A stretch of 64,000 bases of DNA from Escherichia phage mogra: sequence record MN850579.1; one strand, 5' to 3'. This document shows positions 37,006-45,840 of this stretch, in pieces. Under the pieces are notes generated by a model. The model did no database searches. It had not been told where the DNA came from and saw only the letters and a list, made by a program, of their open reading frames with translations. The translations under genes and the position numbers were made by a program. Within the stretch, counting starts at the first letter, position 1; the number at the start of each line of letters is the position of its first letter.

Positions 37006-37026
37006 AATGGGACTTCGGTCCCATTT
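37006..37026 (+). terminator. stable hairpin after regA (weak terminator or processing structure)
   Basis: AATGGGAC-TTCG-GTCCCATT; only a short U-tract follows; TATAAT for gene 43 lies 5 nt downstream. Confidence 0.45.
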
Positions 37027-37083
37027 GGAGTATAATAAGTTCATCAACAAACAAAAGACAATAACTCGTCTAAAGGAAATTAA

Positions 37084-39795
37084 ATGAAAGAATTTTACTT
37101 AACGGTTGAACAGATTGGTGATTCAATTTTTGAACGTTACATCGATTCTAATGGCCGTGAACGTACTCGTGAAGTAGAATATAAACCATCACTGTTTGCT
37201 CATTGTCCAGAAAGTCAGGCTACGAAATATTTCGATATCTACGGTAAGCCGTGTACTCGTAAGCTGTTCGCTAATATGCGTGATGCCTCCCAATGGATTA
37301 AACGCATGGAAGATATCGGACTTGAAGCACTTGGCATGGACGATTTCAAATTGGCGTATTTGTCTGACACTTATAACTATGAAATCAAATACGACCATAC
37401 AAAAATTCGTGTGGCTAACTTCGACATCGAAGTAACATCTCCGGATGGGTTCCCTGAGCCGTCACAAGCAAAACATCCGATTGATGCTATCACCCATTAT
37501 GACTCAATTGACGACAGGTTCTACGTATTTGATCTATTGAATTCTCCATATGGTAATGTAGAAGAATGGTCTATTGAAATCGCTGCTAAGCTTCAAGAAC
37601 AAGGCGGTGATGAAGTTCCATCTGAAATTATCGATAAAATCATTTATATGCCGTTCGATAACGAAAAAGAATTGTTGATGGAATATCTCAACTTCTGGCA
37701 ACAGAAAACTCCTGTCATTTTGACTGGATGGAACGTTGAGTCATTTGATATTCCATATGTGTATAACCGAATCAAGAATATTTTTGGCGAATCTACTGCG
37801 AAACGTTTATCGCCACATCGTAAAACTCGTGTTAAAGTTATCGAAAACATGTATGGTTCTCGTGAAATCATTACATTGTTCGGTATCTCTGTTCTTGATT
37901 ACATTGACCTTTACAAAAAATTCTCTTTTACCAATCAACCGTCGTATTCTCTGGATTACATTTCAGAATTTGAATTGAACGTTGGTAAACTGAAATATGA
38001 CGGCCCTATTTCTAAACTTCGTGAAAGCAATCACCAACGATATATTTCTTATAACATTATCGATGTGTATCGTGTATTGCAAATTGATGCTAAGCGTCAG
38101 TTCATCAACTTGAGTTTGGACATGGGTTATTATGCTAAGATACAGATTCAATCTGTGTTTAGCCCAATTAAAACATGGGATGCTATTATTTTTAATAGCC
38201 TTAAAGAGCAGAACAAGGTGATTCCACAAGGTCGTTCTCACCCGGTTCAACCTTATCCTGGCGCTTTTGTTAAGGAACCTATTCCAAATCGATACAAATA
38301 TGTAATGAGTTTCGACCTTACATCTCTGTATCCAAGCATCATTCGCCAAGTGAATATTAGCCCAGAAACAATAGCAGGAACGTTTAAAGTAGCTCCATTA
38401 CATGATTATATTAACGCAATCGCTGAACGTCCTTCAGATGTGTACAGTTGTTCTCCTAACGGCATGATGTATTATAAAGACCGTGATGGTGTAGTTCCAA
38501 CTGAAATCACTAAGGTCTTTAATCAACGTAAAGAACATAAAGGTTACATGCTTGCAGCTCAACGTAATGGTGAAATAATTAAAGAGGCATTGCATAATCC
38601 TAATCTTTCTGTTGACGAACCATTAGATGTTGATTATCGTTTCGACTTCAGCGATGAGATTAAAGAAAAGATTAAAAAGTTGTCTGCTAAATCTCTTAAT
38701 GAAATGTTGTTTAGAGCTCAACGTACTGAAGTTGCAGGTATGACTGCACAAATTAACCGTAAATTGCTCATCAACTCACTTTATGGTGCACTTGGCAACG
38801 TTTGGTTCCGTTATTATGATTTGCGTAATGCTACTGCAATCACAACATTCGGGCAAATGGCTTTACAGTGGATTGAACGTAAAGTTAATGAATATCTGAA
38901 TGAAGTTTGTGGTACAGAAGGTGAAGCTTTCGTTCTTTATGGTGATACAGACTCCATTTACGTATCTGCGGATAAAATTATTGATAAGGTTGGTGAATCT
39001 AAATTCCGTGATACTAACCATTGGGTAGACTTCTTAGATAAGTTCGCTCGTGAACGTATGGAACCTGCTATTGATAGAGGTTTCCGTGAAATGTGCGAAT
39101 ACATGAATAATAAGCAACATTTGATGTTCATGGACCGAGAAGCTATTGCTGGCCCTCCGCTCGGTTCTAAAGGTATTGGTGGATTCTGGACTGGTAAGAA
39201 ACGTTATGCATTAAACGTGTGGGATATGGAAGGCACTCGTTATGCTGAGCCTAAACTCAAAATCATGGGTCTAGAGACTCAGAAATCTTCGACCCCTAAA
39301 GCAGTACAGAAAGCTCTTAAAGAATGTATTCGTCGTATGCTTCAAGAAGGTGAAGAATCATTACAAGAATATTTTAAAGAGTTTGAAAAAGAATTCCGTC
39401 AATTGAATTATATTAGCATCGCGTCGGTATCTTCTGCGAATAACATTGCTAAATATGATGTCGGTGGATTCCCTGGTCCCAAATGCCCGTTCCATATTCG
39501 TGGAATTCTGACGTATAACCGGGCTATCAAAGGTAATATCGATGCACCACAAGTTGTAGAAGGTGAAAAAGTATATGTTCTGCCTTTACGTGAAGGAAAC
39601 CCATTCGGTGATAAATGTATCGCATGGCCTTCTGGCACTGAAATAACAGATTTAATTAAAGACGACGTACTTCATTGGATGGACTACACTGTTCTCCTTG
39701 AGAAGACATTTATTAAACCACTTGAAGGATTCACATCAGCAGCGAAACTCGATTACGAGAAGAAAGCATCTCTGTTCGATATGTTCGATTTTTGA
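37084..39795 (+). CDS. 43: DNA polymerase gp43 (family B)
   Basis: Exo I motif ANFDIEVT; polymerase motif LYGDTDSIYV; 903 aa. Confidence 0.95.
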   Translation: MKEFYLTVEQIGDSIFERYIDSNGRERTREVEYKPSLFAHCPESQATKYFDIYGKPCTRKLFANMRDASQWIKRMEDIGLEALGMDDFKLAYLSDTYNYEIKYDHTKIRVANFDIEVTSPDGFPEPSQAKHPIDAITHYDSIDDRFYVFDLLNSPYGNVEEWSIEIAAKLQEQGGDEVPSEIIDKIIYMPFDNEKELLMEYLNFWQQKTPVILTGWNVESFDIPYVYNRIKNIFGESTAKRLSPHRKTRVKVIENMYGSREIITLFGISVLDYIDLYKKFSFTNQPSYSLDYISEFELNVGKLKYDGPISKLRESNHQRYISYNIIDVYRVLQIDAKRQFINLSLDMGYYAKIQIQSVFSPIKTWDAIIFNSLKEQNKVIPQGRSHPVQPYPGAFVKEPIPNRYKYVMSFDLTSLYPSIIRQVNISPETIAGTFKVAPLHDYINAIAERPSDVYSCSPNGMMYYKDRDGVVPTEITKVFNQRKEHKGYMLAAQRNGEIIKEALHNPNLSVDEPLDVDYRFDFSDEIKEKIKKLSAKSLNEMLFRAQRTEVAGMTAQINRKLLINSLYGALGNVWFRYYDLRNATAITTFGQMALQWIERKVNEYLNEVCGTEGEAFVLYGDTDSIYVSADKIIDKVGESKFRDTNHWVDFLDKFARERMEPAIDRGFREMCEYMNNKQHLMFMDREAIAGPPLGSKGIGGFWTGKKRYALNVWDMEGTRYAEPKLKIMGLETQKSSTPKAVQKALKECIRRMLQEGEESLQEYFKEFEKEFRQLNYISIASVSSANNIAKYDVGGFPGPKCPFHIRGILTYNRAIKGNIDAPQVVEGEKVYVLPLREGNPFGDKCIAWPSGTEITDLIKDDVLHWMDYTVLLEKTFIKPLEGFTSAAKLDYEKKASLFDMFDF

Positions 39796-39835
39796 TATAA
39801 TGCCAAGGACGGCCAACTAATTAAATGAGAGAAAT

Positions 39836-40471
39836 ATGAAAACTACACCAATCACTATCGCTATTGACGCAATTGTAAAACAAGCTTCATCTCTTGCCAC
39901 TATGGCTAAAGTAATTAGTCAAAACCATGCTCGTTATAATGCTATTCTAGAAACTCTTCGACGCCCTGGACTTAGTAATTATGAAAGCCGGGTAATTATT
40001 ACAGGTGTTGGTAAGAATGCTAATATCGCAACTAAAGCTTCCGAGACTTTTGCTTCACTAGGTATTCCTAGCATGTATTTGAATACCGGGCATTATTCTC
40101 ATGGTGACGCAGGATTTATTGCACCTAATGATGTATTAGTTCACATCAGTCGTTCTGGTAAGACTGAAGAAATGATAGGTGTTGCTAAACATCTTCGTAT
40201 GATTCGTCCTCAGGTTAAACAGATTCTGTTACATTGTAACCCTGACATTCCACAAGAATACGAAGCTCTTTTTGATTATACGTTCTGTACCGGTATCGCG
40301 GTAGAAGTTGACGAGAACTCTTTAGCTCCGACAATGTCTACTACATTGTTGTTAGCGCTTATCGATACGTTCGCTATCAACCTTTCGTCTGAACGTGGAT
40401 TTACCTCTAATGATTTCCTTAAGTTCCATCCAGGCGGTGCACTAGGTGCCATGTTACGAGGCGAACAATGA
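39836..40471 (+). CDS. SIS-domain sugar-phosphate isomerase, arabinose-5-phosphate isomerase (KpsF/GutQ)-like
   Basis: ITGVGKNANIATKASETFASLG, HISRSGKTEE, LAPTMSTT and HPGGALG match recalled KpsF/GutQ SIS signatures; no CBS domains. Confidence 0.78.
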   Translation: MKTTPITIAIDAIVKQASSLATMAKVISQNHARYNAILETLRRPGLSNYESRVIITGVGKNANIATKASETFASLGIPSMYLNTGHYSHGDAGFIAPNDVLVHISRSGKTEEMIGVAKHLRMIRPQVKQILLHCNPDIPQEYEALFDYTFCTGIAVEVDENSLAPTMSTTLLLALIDTFAINLSSERGFTSNDFLKFHPGGALGAMLRGEQ

Positions 40472-40611
40472 AAGCAATAACAATAGGACTTTTACTATTG
40501 ATGCTTGCCATGACTATCTACTGGAGCTTAACGGCTCCGGTAATGATTCCAACACTTGTAATTGGATGGATTATGATTGGACTACAAGCAAAGTATGAAT
40601 GCTTTAACTAG
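40468..40611 (+). CDS. 47-aa two-helix membrane peptide
   Basis: ATG 40468 overlaps upstream stop (ATGA); MKAITIGLLLLMLAMTIYW...PTLVIGWIMIGL; not in track. Confidence 0.45.
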   Translation: MKAITIGLLLLMLAMTIYWSLTAPVMIPTLVIGWIMIGLQAKYECFN

Positions 40612-40652
40612 AATAGTGTACAATACTCCTACTTACCAATGAGGACTTCAAC

Positions 40653-42338
40653 ATGAAAAAAGCTGTTATTCTTGGTGCTGGACTGGCAACTCGTTTGTAT
40701 CCAATAACGCATCATATTCCTAAGGTGCTTGTGAACTATAAACAAGACACTATTCTGAGCAATTTGTATACAATTTATTCTGACCTTGGCGCAGATGAAA
40801 TTATTGTAGTAGTTCATTCAAAATTTGCTGAAACTGTTCGAGCTTATTGTGAGCAAGAAGGGTTCAATGTGACTATTCGTACAGTTGATGAAGCGTATGG
40901 TTCTGCTTATGCTCTTGCTAAATTACACAAAGATTTAGACGGTCATAATGTAATTGTTAACTGGTGCGATATTATTCCTGATTTTGGTTCATGGTCTTGG
41001 AATGTTAACGCAATCTATGTTAAGGGTGATGAATGTCGATATAATTTCGACGGTGAAAATATCACTAACGTAGGTTCAACAGGTGGTAATGTTGTAGGAA
41101 TTTATCAGTTCAAAGACTGGGAATTCTATATGGGTTCTACTGATGAGGAAATTCATGAATACTGCAAAGGACGTGATTTCGTAGAATTCCTTTACAGCGC
41201 CGCATTCAATAAATCAGAGCTTATGAATCTAATTGATTTAGGTGATATGCCTAAACTTGAAAAGGCTCATGAAGTTCGTGAACTTAATCGTAGTTTTAAC
41301 GCAGTTGAAATTGGTGAAGAAACTGTAACTAAATTCGCATTAACCGAACAGGGTCGAGCTCTTCAGAAAGATGAGATTTCATGGTATTTGAAAGTGAAAT
41401 CAGATTCAGTTCCTCAGTTAGTTTCTGTTAATGAAAATAACTTTGAAATGGAACGCATTAAAGGTAAGCCAGCATTTGAATATATTAAATCCAAATCAAG
41501 TCTTGCTCGTCCACAAATTGTTGATGCAATTTTAGATGCACTGAAATTCAGCACAGACACTTATTTTGTAAGTCCTGAAACTGTTCGTCGTGATTTCACT
41601 AAAGAATTCTATACGAAAGTTATTGATCGTTGTGAAAGCATTCAACCATTGATTGATTCATTTGGTAAAATCACGCATGTGAACTACACTAAGATTGGAC
41701 GTCTGAAGCCAATGCTGAAACAAGCTTTAGAACACCTTATTCGTTATCATAACCGTTCTCAGGGACAGTACTCTGTTATTCATGGCGACCCGAACTTCAG
41801 TAATACTATGATTACTGATAATGGCGAAGTCAAGTTTATCGACCCTCGTGGATATTTTGGTGAAACCAAGATTTACGGGCCGAAATTGTACGACGAAGCT
41901 AAAGTGCTTTACGCTGTTTCAGGTTATGATGAATTCAACGCTAATCCGACCTGGGGGCAGTTTACTATTGATGAAACAACTTGTAATGTGACTATTAACA
42001 TCAATCCATTAGTTTACAAATATGGAAAGATGAGTTCGTTTAACGAGTATCATCATTTGGCAGTGGCAATTATCTGGATTGCATTAGGTGGTTATTTCAA
42101 GAATAATCCACTTAAAGCGGTAGCCGCATATTATAAAGGTATGGAACTTCTGACTAAGCAATTACGTAACATGGGCCGTGTACTTCAGGACGGCTCTATT
42201 AGTTATGACGTAGCAGAACCTGTAACGGCTACTCTGATTACAAAAAATCCTGGTAAGTGGGTACTAACTGATAAAGAAACTGGTGTTTCCTATCGTCCAA
42301 TAGGTGGCGATATCACTCATCAATGGGAACGAATCTAA
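40653..42338 (+). CDS. bifunctional sugar-1-phosphate nucleotidyltransferase / APH-fold sugar kinase
   Basis: N-terminal LGAGLATRLYP...PK (GxGxR NTP-transferase motif); C-terminal VIHGDPNFSNTMITDNGEVKFIDPRG (kinase catalytic and metal loops); 561 aa. Confidence 0.72.
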   Translation: MKKAVILGAGLATRLYPITHHIPKVLVNYKQDTILSNLYTIYSDLGADEIIVVVHSKFAETVRAYCEQEGFNVTIRTVDEAYGSAYALAKLHKDLDGHNVIVNWCDIIPDFGSWSWNVNAIYVKGDECRYNFDGENITNVGSTGGNVVGIYQFKDWEFYMGSTDEEIHEYCKGRDFVEFLYSAAFNKSELMNLIDLGDMPKLEKAHEVRELNRSFNAVEIGEETVTKFALTEQGRALQKDEISWYLKVKSDSVPQLVSVNENNFEMERIKGKPAFEYIKSKSSLARPQIVDAILDALKFSTDTYFVSPETVRRDFTKEFYTKVIDRCESIQPLIDSFGKITHVNYTKIGRLKPMLKQALEHLIRYHNRSQGQYSVIHGDPNFSNTMITDNGEVKFIDPRGYFGETKIYGPKLYDEAKVLYAVSGYDEFNANPTWGQFTIDETTCNVTININPLVYKYGKMSSFNEYHHLAVAIIWIALGGYFKNNPLKAVAAYYKGMELLTKQLRNMGRVLQDGSISYDVAEPVTATLITKNPGKWVLTDKETGVSYRPIGGDITHQWERI

Positions 42339-42724
42339 TGCACCGCGTAGAAAACATGCTTAATCTTTGTTTTGATGTCGATGATTGTATAACAGAGTGG
42401 AATAACAATCGTGATTACGTGAACTTCAAGCCAGACGTCGAAATGGTGTCTGCCATTAATGCCCTGTATGATGCAGGGCATACCATAACGCTTTACACTG
42501 CTCGCGGTATGAAGTCAGTCGGTCCTGGTCGTATAGCAATTGACATTCTCCCAAGTCTGATTCAGAACTTGGCAAACATTGGCTTGAAGTACCATAATTT
42601 GCTAACACATAAACCAGTATATGATTGGATTATCGACGACAAAGCTATGCGTCCTGACGAATTCAAAGCTCTTATGAATAAAGGCGAATTCGAAACATTT
42701 AAATCATATAAACCGAATCTATAA
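42338..42724 (+). CDS. HAD-superfamily phosphatase
   Basis: Motif I CFDVDDCIT, Thr/Arg motif LYTARG, C-terminal DD (WIIDDKA); ATG 42338 overlaps upstream stop (TAATG). Confidence 0.6.
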   Translation: MHRVENMLNLCFDVDDCITEWNNNRDYVNFKPDVEMVSAINALYDAGHTITLYTARGMKSVGPGRIAIDILPSLIQNLANIGLKYHNLLTHKPVYDWIIDDKAMRPDEFKALMNKGEFETFKSYKPNL

Positions 42725-42784
42725 TAATTTAAGTAAGACCTGCAAAAAAAAACCATCGCATCAATTAACGCGAGATGCAAAAAA

Positions 42785-43945
42785 ATGAATACTTTTAAAA
42801 TCGGAACGAATTTTGATTTAGCTCTTCTTGATAAAATCGTAGAGCTCAATAAAACTTATCCTAATAGCTTGATAAATGAAGTATACGGCTCTACAAGAGA
42901 AATGGCTTTTGTAGCAGCCAGACCTGATTTTAGGCTTCCTGACATTGACAAAAAGATGTTAGAAGATTATGTTAAACGTTGTAACGAATTAGGTATTTGC
43001 TTTAACTATACACTCAACACGATAAATCCTGGTTCAAAAAGAGAACTAGTTGAGTGGAAGAAGAAAGCTATTCAGGATTATGTTCAGTATCTTTGGTCAA
43101 TAGGCGTATGGCGTATTACTATCGCTAACCCTGTTGTTATGGAAATTGTTCGTGAAGTCAATAAAGACATTGAGATTGAAGTTTCAACAATTCTACATGT
43201 CGATGCTGTAACTCAAATCAAATACTTGCATGACCAGTATAATATCAAAAAGGTCTGCTGTGGAATTCATAAGAACCGTTCAGTTTCTTTCCTGAAGCGT
43301 GCAGCAGAGTTTTGCAATAAGAACAATATAATATTTGAAGTTCTTGTAAATGAGTTCTGTTCTAATGCTGGTAAAGGGTATACAACACATTGTAGCTATC
43401 GTGACTCTTGCTATATTTTCCATAGTACTGATGTTACAGCTGATGATGCTAAATCCTTAAACGGATATCCAATGCAGCACTGTATTAAAGCTCGTGATAC
43501 AGACCCATTTAACTGGTTGAGAACTCGTTTTGTTCGTCCTCAAGATTTGAAACTTTATAATGATATCGGTATCACTCAATTCAAAGTTTCAGGACGTACA
43601 GGTAGCACAGACTACATTTTGAAAGTTCTTGAAGCATACGCTTCTGAAAAGTTTGAAGGTAATTTGTTAGAACTGTGGAAGCCTTTAGAGACTATTTTCA
43701 CTCTTGAAAACGAAACTGAGTTTTCACATACAGTAAATATTGAAACCTCTTTGTTAGATGGCTTTTTAGAAAAAAGGTGGTTCAGACATCCAGATTTCGA
43801 TTGTGCTAATGAAATCTGCGGGACGACGTGTACATATTGTGAAAGATATTATAAACGTCAATTATCTAAAAACGGGTTAGCAGAAAACTCTATATCTATT
43901 ATTGATATAACTAACTCTGATGACGCTTTGAGGTACCCGGAATGA
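42785..43945 (+). CDS. peptidase-U32-family protein (family includes O2-independent hydroxylases)
   Basis: Block pattern FNYTLNT...ITIANPVV...EIEVST...VLVNEFC...G...HCSYRDSC parallels recalled U32 TIM-barrel signature; second cluster CANEICGTTCTYC. Confidence 0.5.
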   Translation: MNTFKIGTNFDLALLDKIVELNKTYPNSLINEVYGSTREMAFVAARPDFRLPDIDKKMLEDYVKRCNELGICFNYTLNTINPGSKRELVEWKKKAIQDYVQYLWSIGVWRITIANPVVMEIVREVNKDIEIEVSTILHVDAVTQIKYLHDQYNIKKVCCGIHKNRSVSFLKRAAEFCNKNNIIFEVLVNEFCSNAGKGYTTHCSYRDSCYIFHSTDVTADDAKSLNGYPMQHCIKARDTDPFNWLRTRFVRPQDLKLYNDIGITQFKVSGRTGSTDYILKVLEAYASEKFEGNLLELWKPLETIFTLENETEFSHTVNIETSLLDGFLEKRWFRHPDFDCANEICGTTCTYCERYYKRQLSKNGLAENSISIIDITNSDDALRYPE

Positions 43946-44181
43946 TTTCTAGAAAAACTTTTAACCACCGACTTAATGAAGAGATTTTGACTATGAAACT
44001 GAACACTAATGAACAAATTCTTAAAAAGGCCCTGATGGGCCTGTTTGAAACTAAAGCGGCTAAAGTGATTAAAGAACCTGTTCAATTGGAATACTACGCT
44101 GATGCATTTCTTCATAGTGTTCTTGGAAGTATCGATGCTGAATCTTTACGTTATATCAACATTGTCAAGAAATTCAAATAA
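43942..44181 (+). CDS. hypothetical small protein
   Basis: ATGA overlap with U32-like gene; 79 aa; no motif. Confidence 0.45.
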   Translation: MISRKTFNHRLNEEILTMKLNTNEQILKKALMGLFETKAAKVIKEPVQLEYYADAFLHSVLGSIDAESLRYINIVKKFK

Positions 44182-44223
44182 GCTTTACGAATTGAGTATA
44201 TAATAAATTGTATTGAGGTAAAC

Positions 44224-44940
44224 ATGGGAAAACATAACACAATGAAATATATCAAAGCCGCAGATTTTCAAACCGCATTTAAAGCAGTCAATCGTGAAAT
44301 TTTAGAAAACCCGGAATTCGTAACTGATTCTCGTATTGGACGTTGTAATGAAATTGGGTCTATGACAGTAGTTGTTGACACTCCATCATCATTCAAAATG
44401 ACCGACCCACGTATTAACCGCATCTCTTATGAATATGCCGAAGACTTCTGGAAGTTTATGATTTCCGGTGGTACCAACGCAGAAGAAGCGTTTAAGGCAT
44501 ATCCTAATGTCGCTAAATTTATTTCTAAACCAAAATCAGATGTTTTGCCGGCGAACTTCAACACTTTCTATGGTCCTCGCATTGCGGCCCAATTACCAGC
44601 TCTTCTAAAAGAACTTAAAGAGAAGCCTAACTCTCGAAGAGTTGTGTTCCAAATTCTAGAAAGTTCTGATCAGGCTTTGCTTGATTCGGACGAAACGCTT
44701 GAATATCCATGTACTGACTCAGTGACTTATTATATTCGTGATGGTAAGCTTTATACCCACTGTCATATGCGTTCTCAGAACTGTGCTGTTGTTATGCAGT
44801 TGGATTTTTATCTCCAAGGAAAATTACTTCATTATATCGCTAACGAATGTGGTGTAGAAGTTGGTGATTATACTCATACCATGGTAAGTGCCCATGTGTT
44901 TGAACGTGATTTTGATTATGTTAAAGGATTCCTTGACTAA
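44224..44940 (+). CDS. thymidylate-synthase-fold pyrimidine C5 enzyme, dCMP hydroxymethylase-like, divergent
   Basis: PNSRR phosphate loop; catalytic Pro-Cys (YPCTD); MRSQN...QLDFY with Asp at the ThyA Asn177-equivalent position; EVGDY...H. Confidence 0.78.
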   Translation: MGKHNTMKYIKAADFQTAFKAVNREILENPEFVTDSRIGRCNEIGSMTVVVDTPSSFKMTDPRINRISYEYAEDFWKFMISGGTNAEEAFKAYPNVAKFISKPKSDVLPANFNTFYGPRIAAQLPALLKELKEKPNSRRVVFQILESSDQALLDSDETLEYPCTDSVTYYIRDGKLYTHCHMRSQNCAVVMQLDFYLQGKLLHYIANECGVEVGDYTHTMVSAHVFERDFDYVKGFLD

Positions 44941-45839
44941 TGGCTATTTTCCGCGTACCAATCTTGAGTATGCGGTCTTATGAAACTGGACAGTATGCTA
45001 TCCTTAAGGATGGCAACTTCCAACTTCATTTGCACCGTGCTAATCCAGGCGATGTGATTACATATCCACGTAATGCATCTGATATTAAAGAATGTGAACG
45101 TCTTTTCCCAGAATTTAAGTTTGTTCCATTATGGTATAAAGATAACGCGTATAACACTCGTAAATATTTCTGGTCCGAAAATGAATTTGTGGTTGATTCA
45201 TTAATTGCTTATTATGATTGTGATTTTCTAATCACAGATATCACTGGATATAACGGCGCTTTTGATGTAGAATTCAATTTCAATATCACGGCAGACCCTA
45301 ATAAACCACGTTTTTATATTGGCGAATTCTTAAAAACCGATATGTTGTCAGTTAATAGTTCACTTCAAACTACTGTGTTGAATGAACGTCAAAAAGAAGT
45401 GCTGGTTAACGCAGGTGCAGATGGTAATAAGATTATCGTAACTCAGAAAGTTATACGTCCTTCCATCATGCAGCGTCTTGTAGGTGATTTGGCTCCTATT
45501 CATCTAGATGGTATTTTTCATCCATTTCGAATTAGTGACCCGTGCTATCGTTTTGAACAAGTGGTTGAATGTGCAATTCAATTAGGCCAACCGCTTTATA
45601 TAACCGATCCAAATAATAGCTTCGACAGAAATAAGTATCCTGAAGAAGCGCTGATTCGAATTTTTAAACCAACTAAAACTGAGTACTATCAAATTCTTAA
45701 AGGACGTCCGAAGATTCAATATTTCGAAAATCCTGAAGAAGTATTTCATCCAGGTCTTGGTGAGTTCATCTACTTTAATGCTTTAATTTCTTCGCCGTAT
45801 AATATACCTAAATACGAAGATGTCGTAATCGAGGAATAA
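44940..45839 (+). CDS. hypothetical protein (299 aa), candidate DNA sugar transferase
   Basis: TAATG-coupled to the TS-fold gene; no recognisable motif; function inferred from context only. Confidence 0.5.
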   Translation: MAIFRVPILSMRSYETGQYAILKDGNFQLHLHRANPGDVITYPRNASDIKECERLFPEFKFVPLWYKDNAYNTRKYFWSENEFVVDSLIAYYDCDFLITDITGYNGAFDVEFNFNITADPNKPRFYIGEFLKTDMLSVNSSLQTTVLNERQKEVLVNAGADGNKIIVTQKVIRPSIMQRLVGDLAPIHLDGIFHPFRISDPCYRFEQVVECAIQLGQPLYITDPNNSFDRNKYPEEALIRIFKPTKTEYYQILKGRPKIQYFENPEEVFHPGLGEFIYFNALISSPYNIPKYEDVVIEE

Positions 45840-45840
45840 A

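Noticed and set aside
31971-38349. Minus-strand and alternative-frame ORFs inside genes 46, 45, 44, 62/regA and 43
   Set aside because: All lie within or antisense to genes with strong motif support; no independent signals.
40468-40611. 47-aa membrane peptide as the imm ortholog
   Set aside because: Too short and lacks the Imm-like motif found in the 82-aa protein at 50969..51217; kept as an unassigned peptide.
39836-43945. Cassette as a CMP-Kdo pathway (KpsF/KdsC/KdsB-like)
   Set aside because: No Kdo-8-phosphate synthase (KdsA)-like protein is recognisable, and the kinase domain fused to the nucleotidyltransferase implies activation via sugar-1-phosphate, which Kdo activation does not use.
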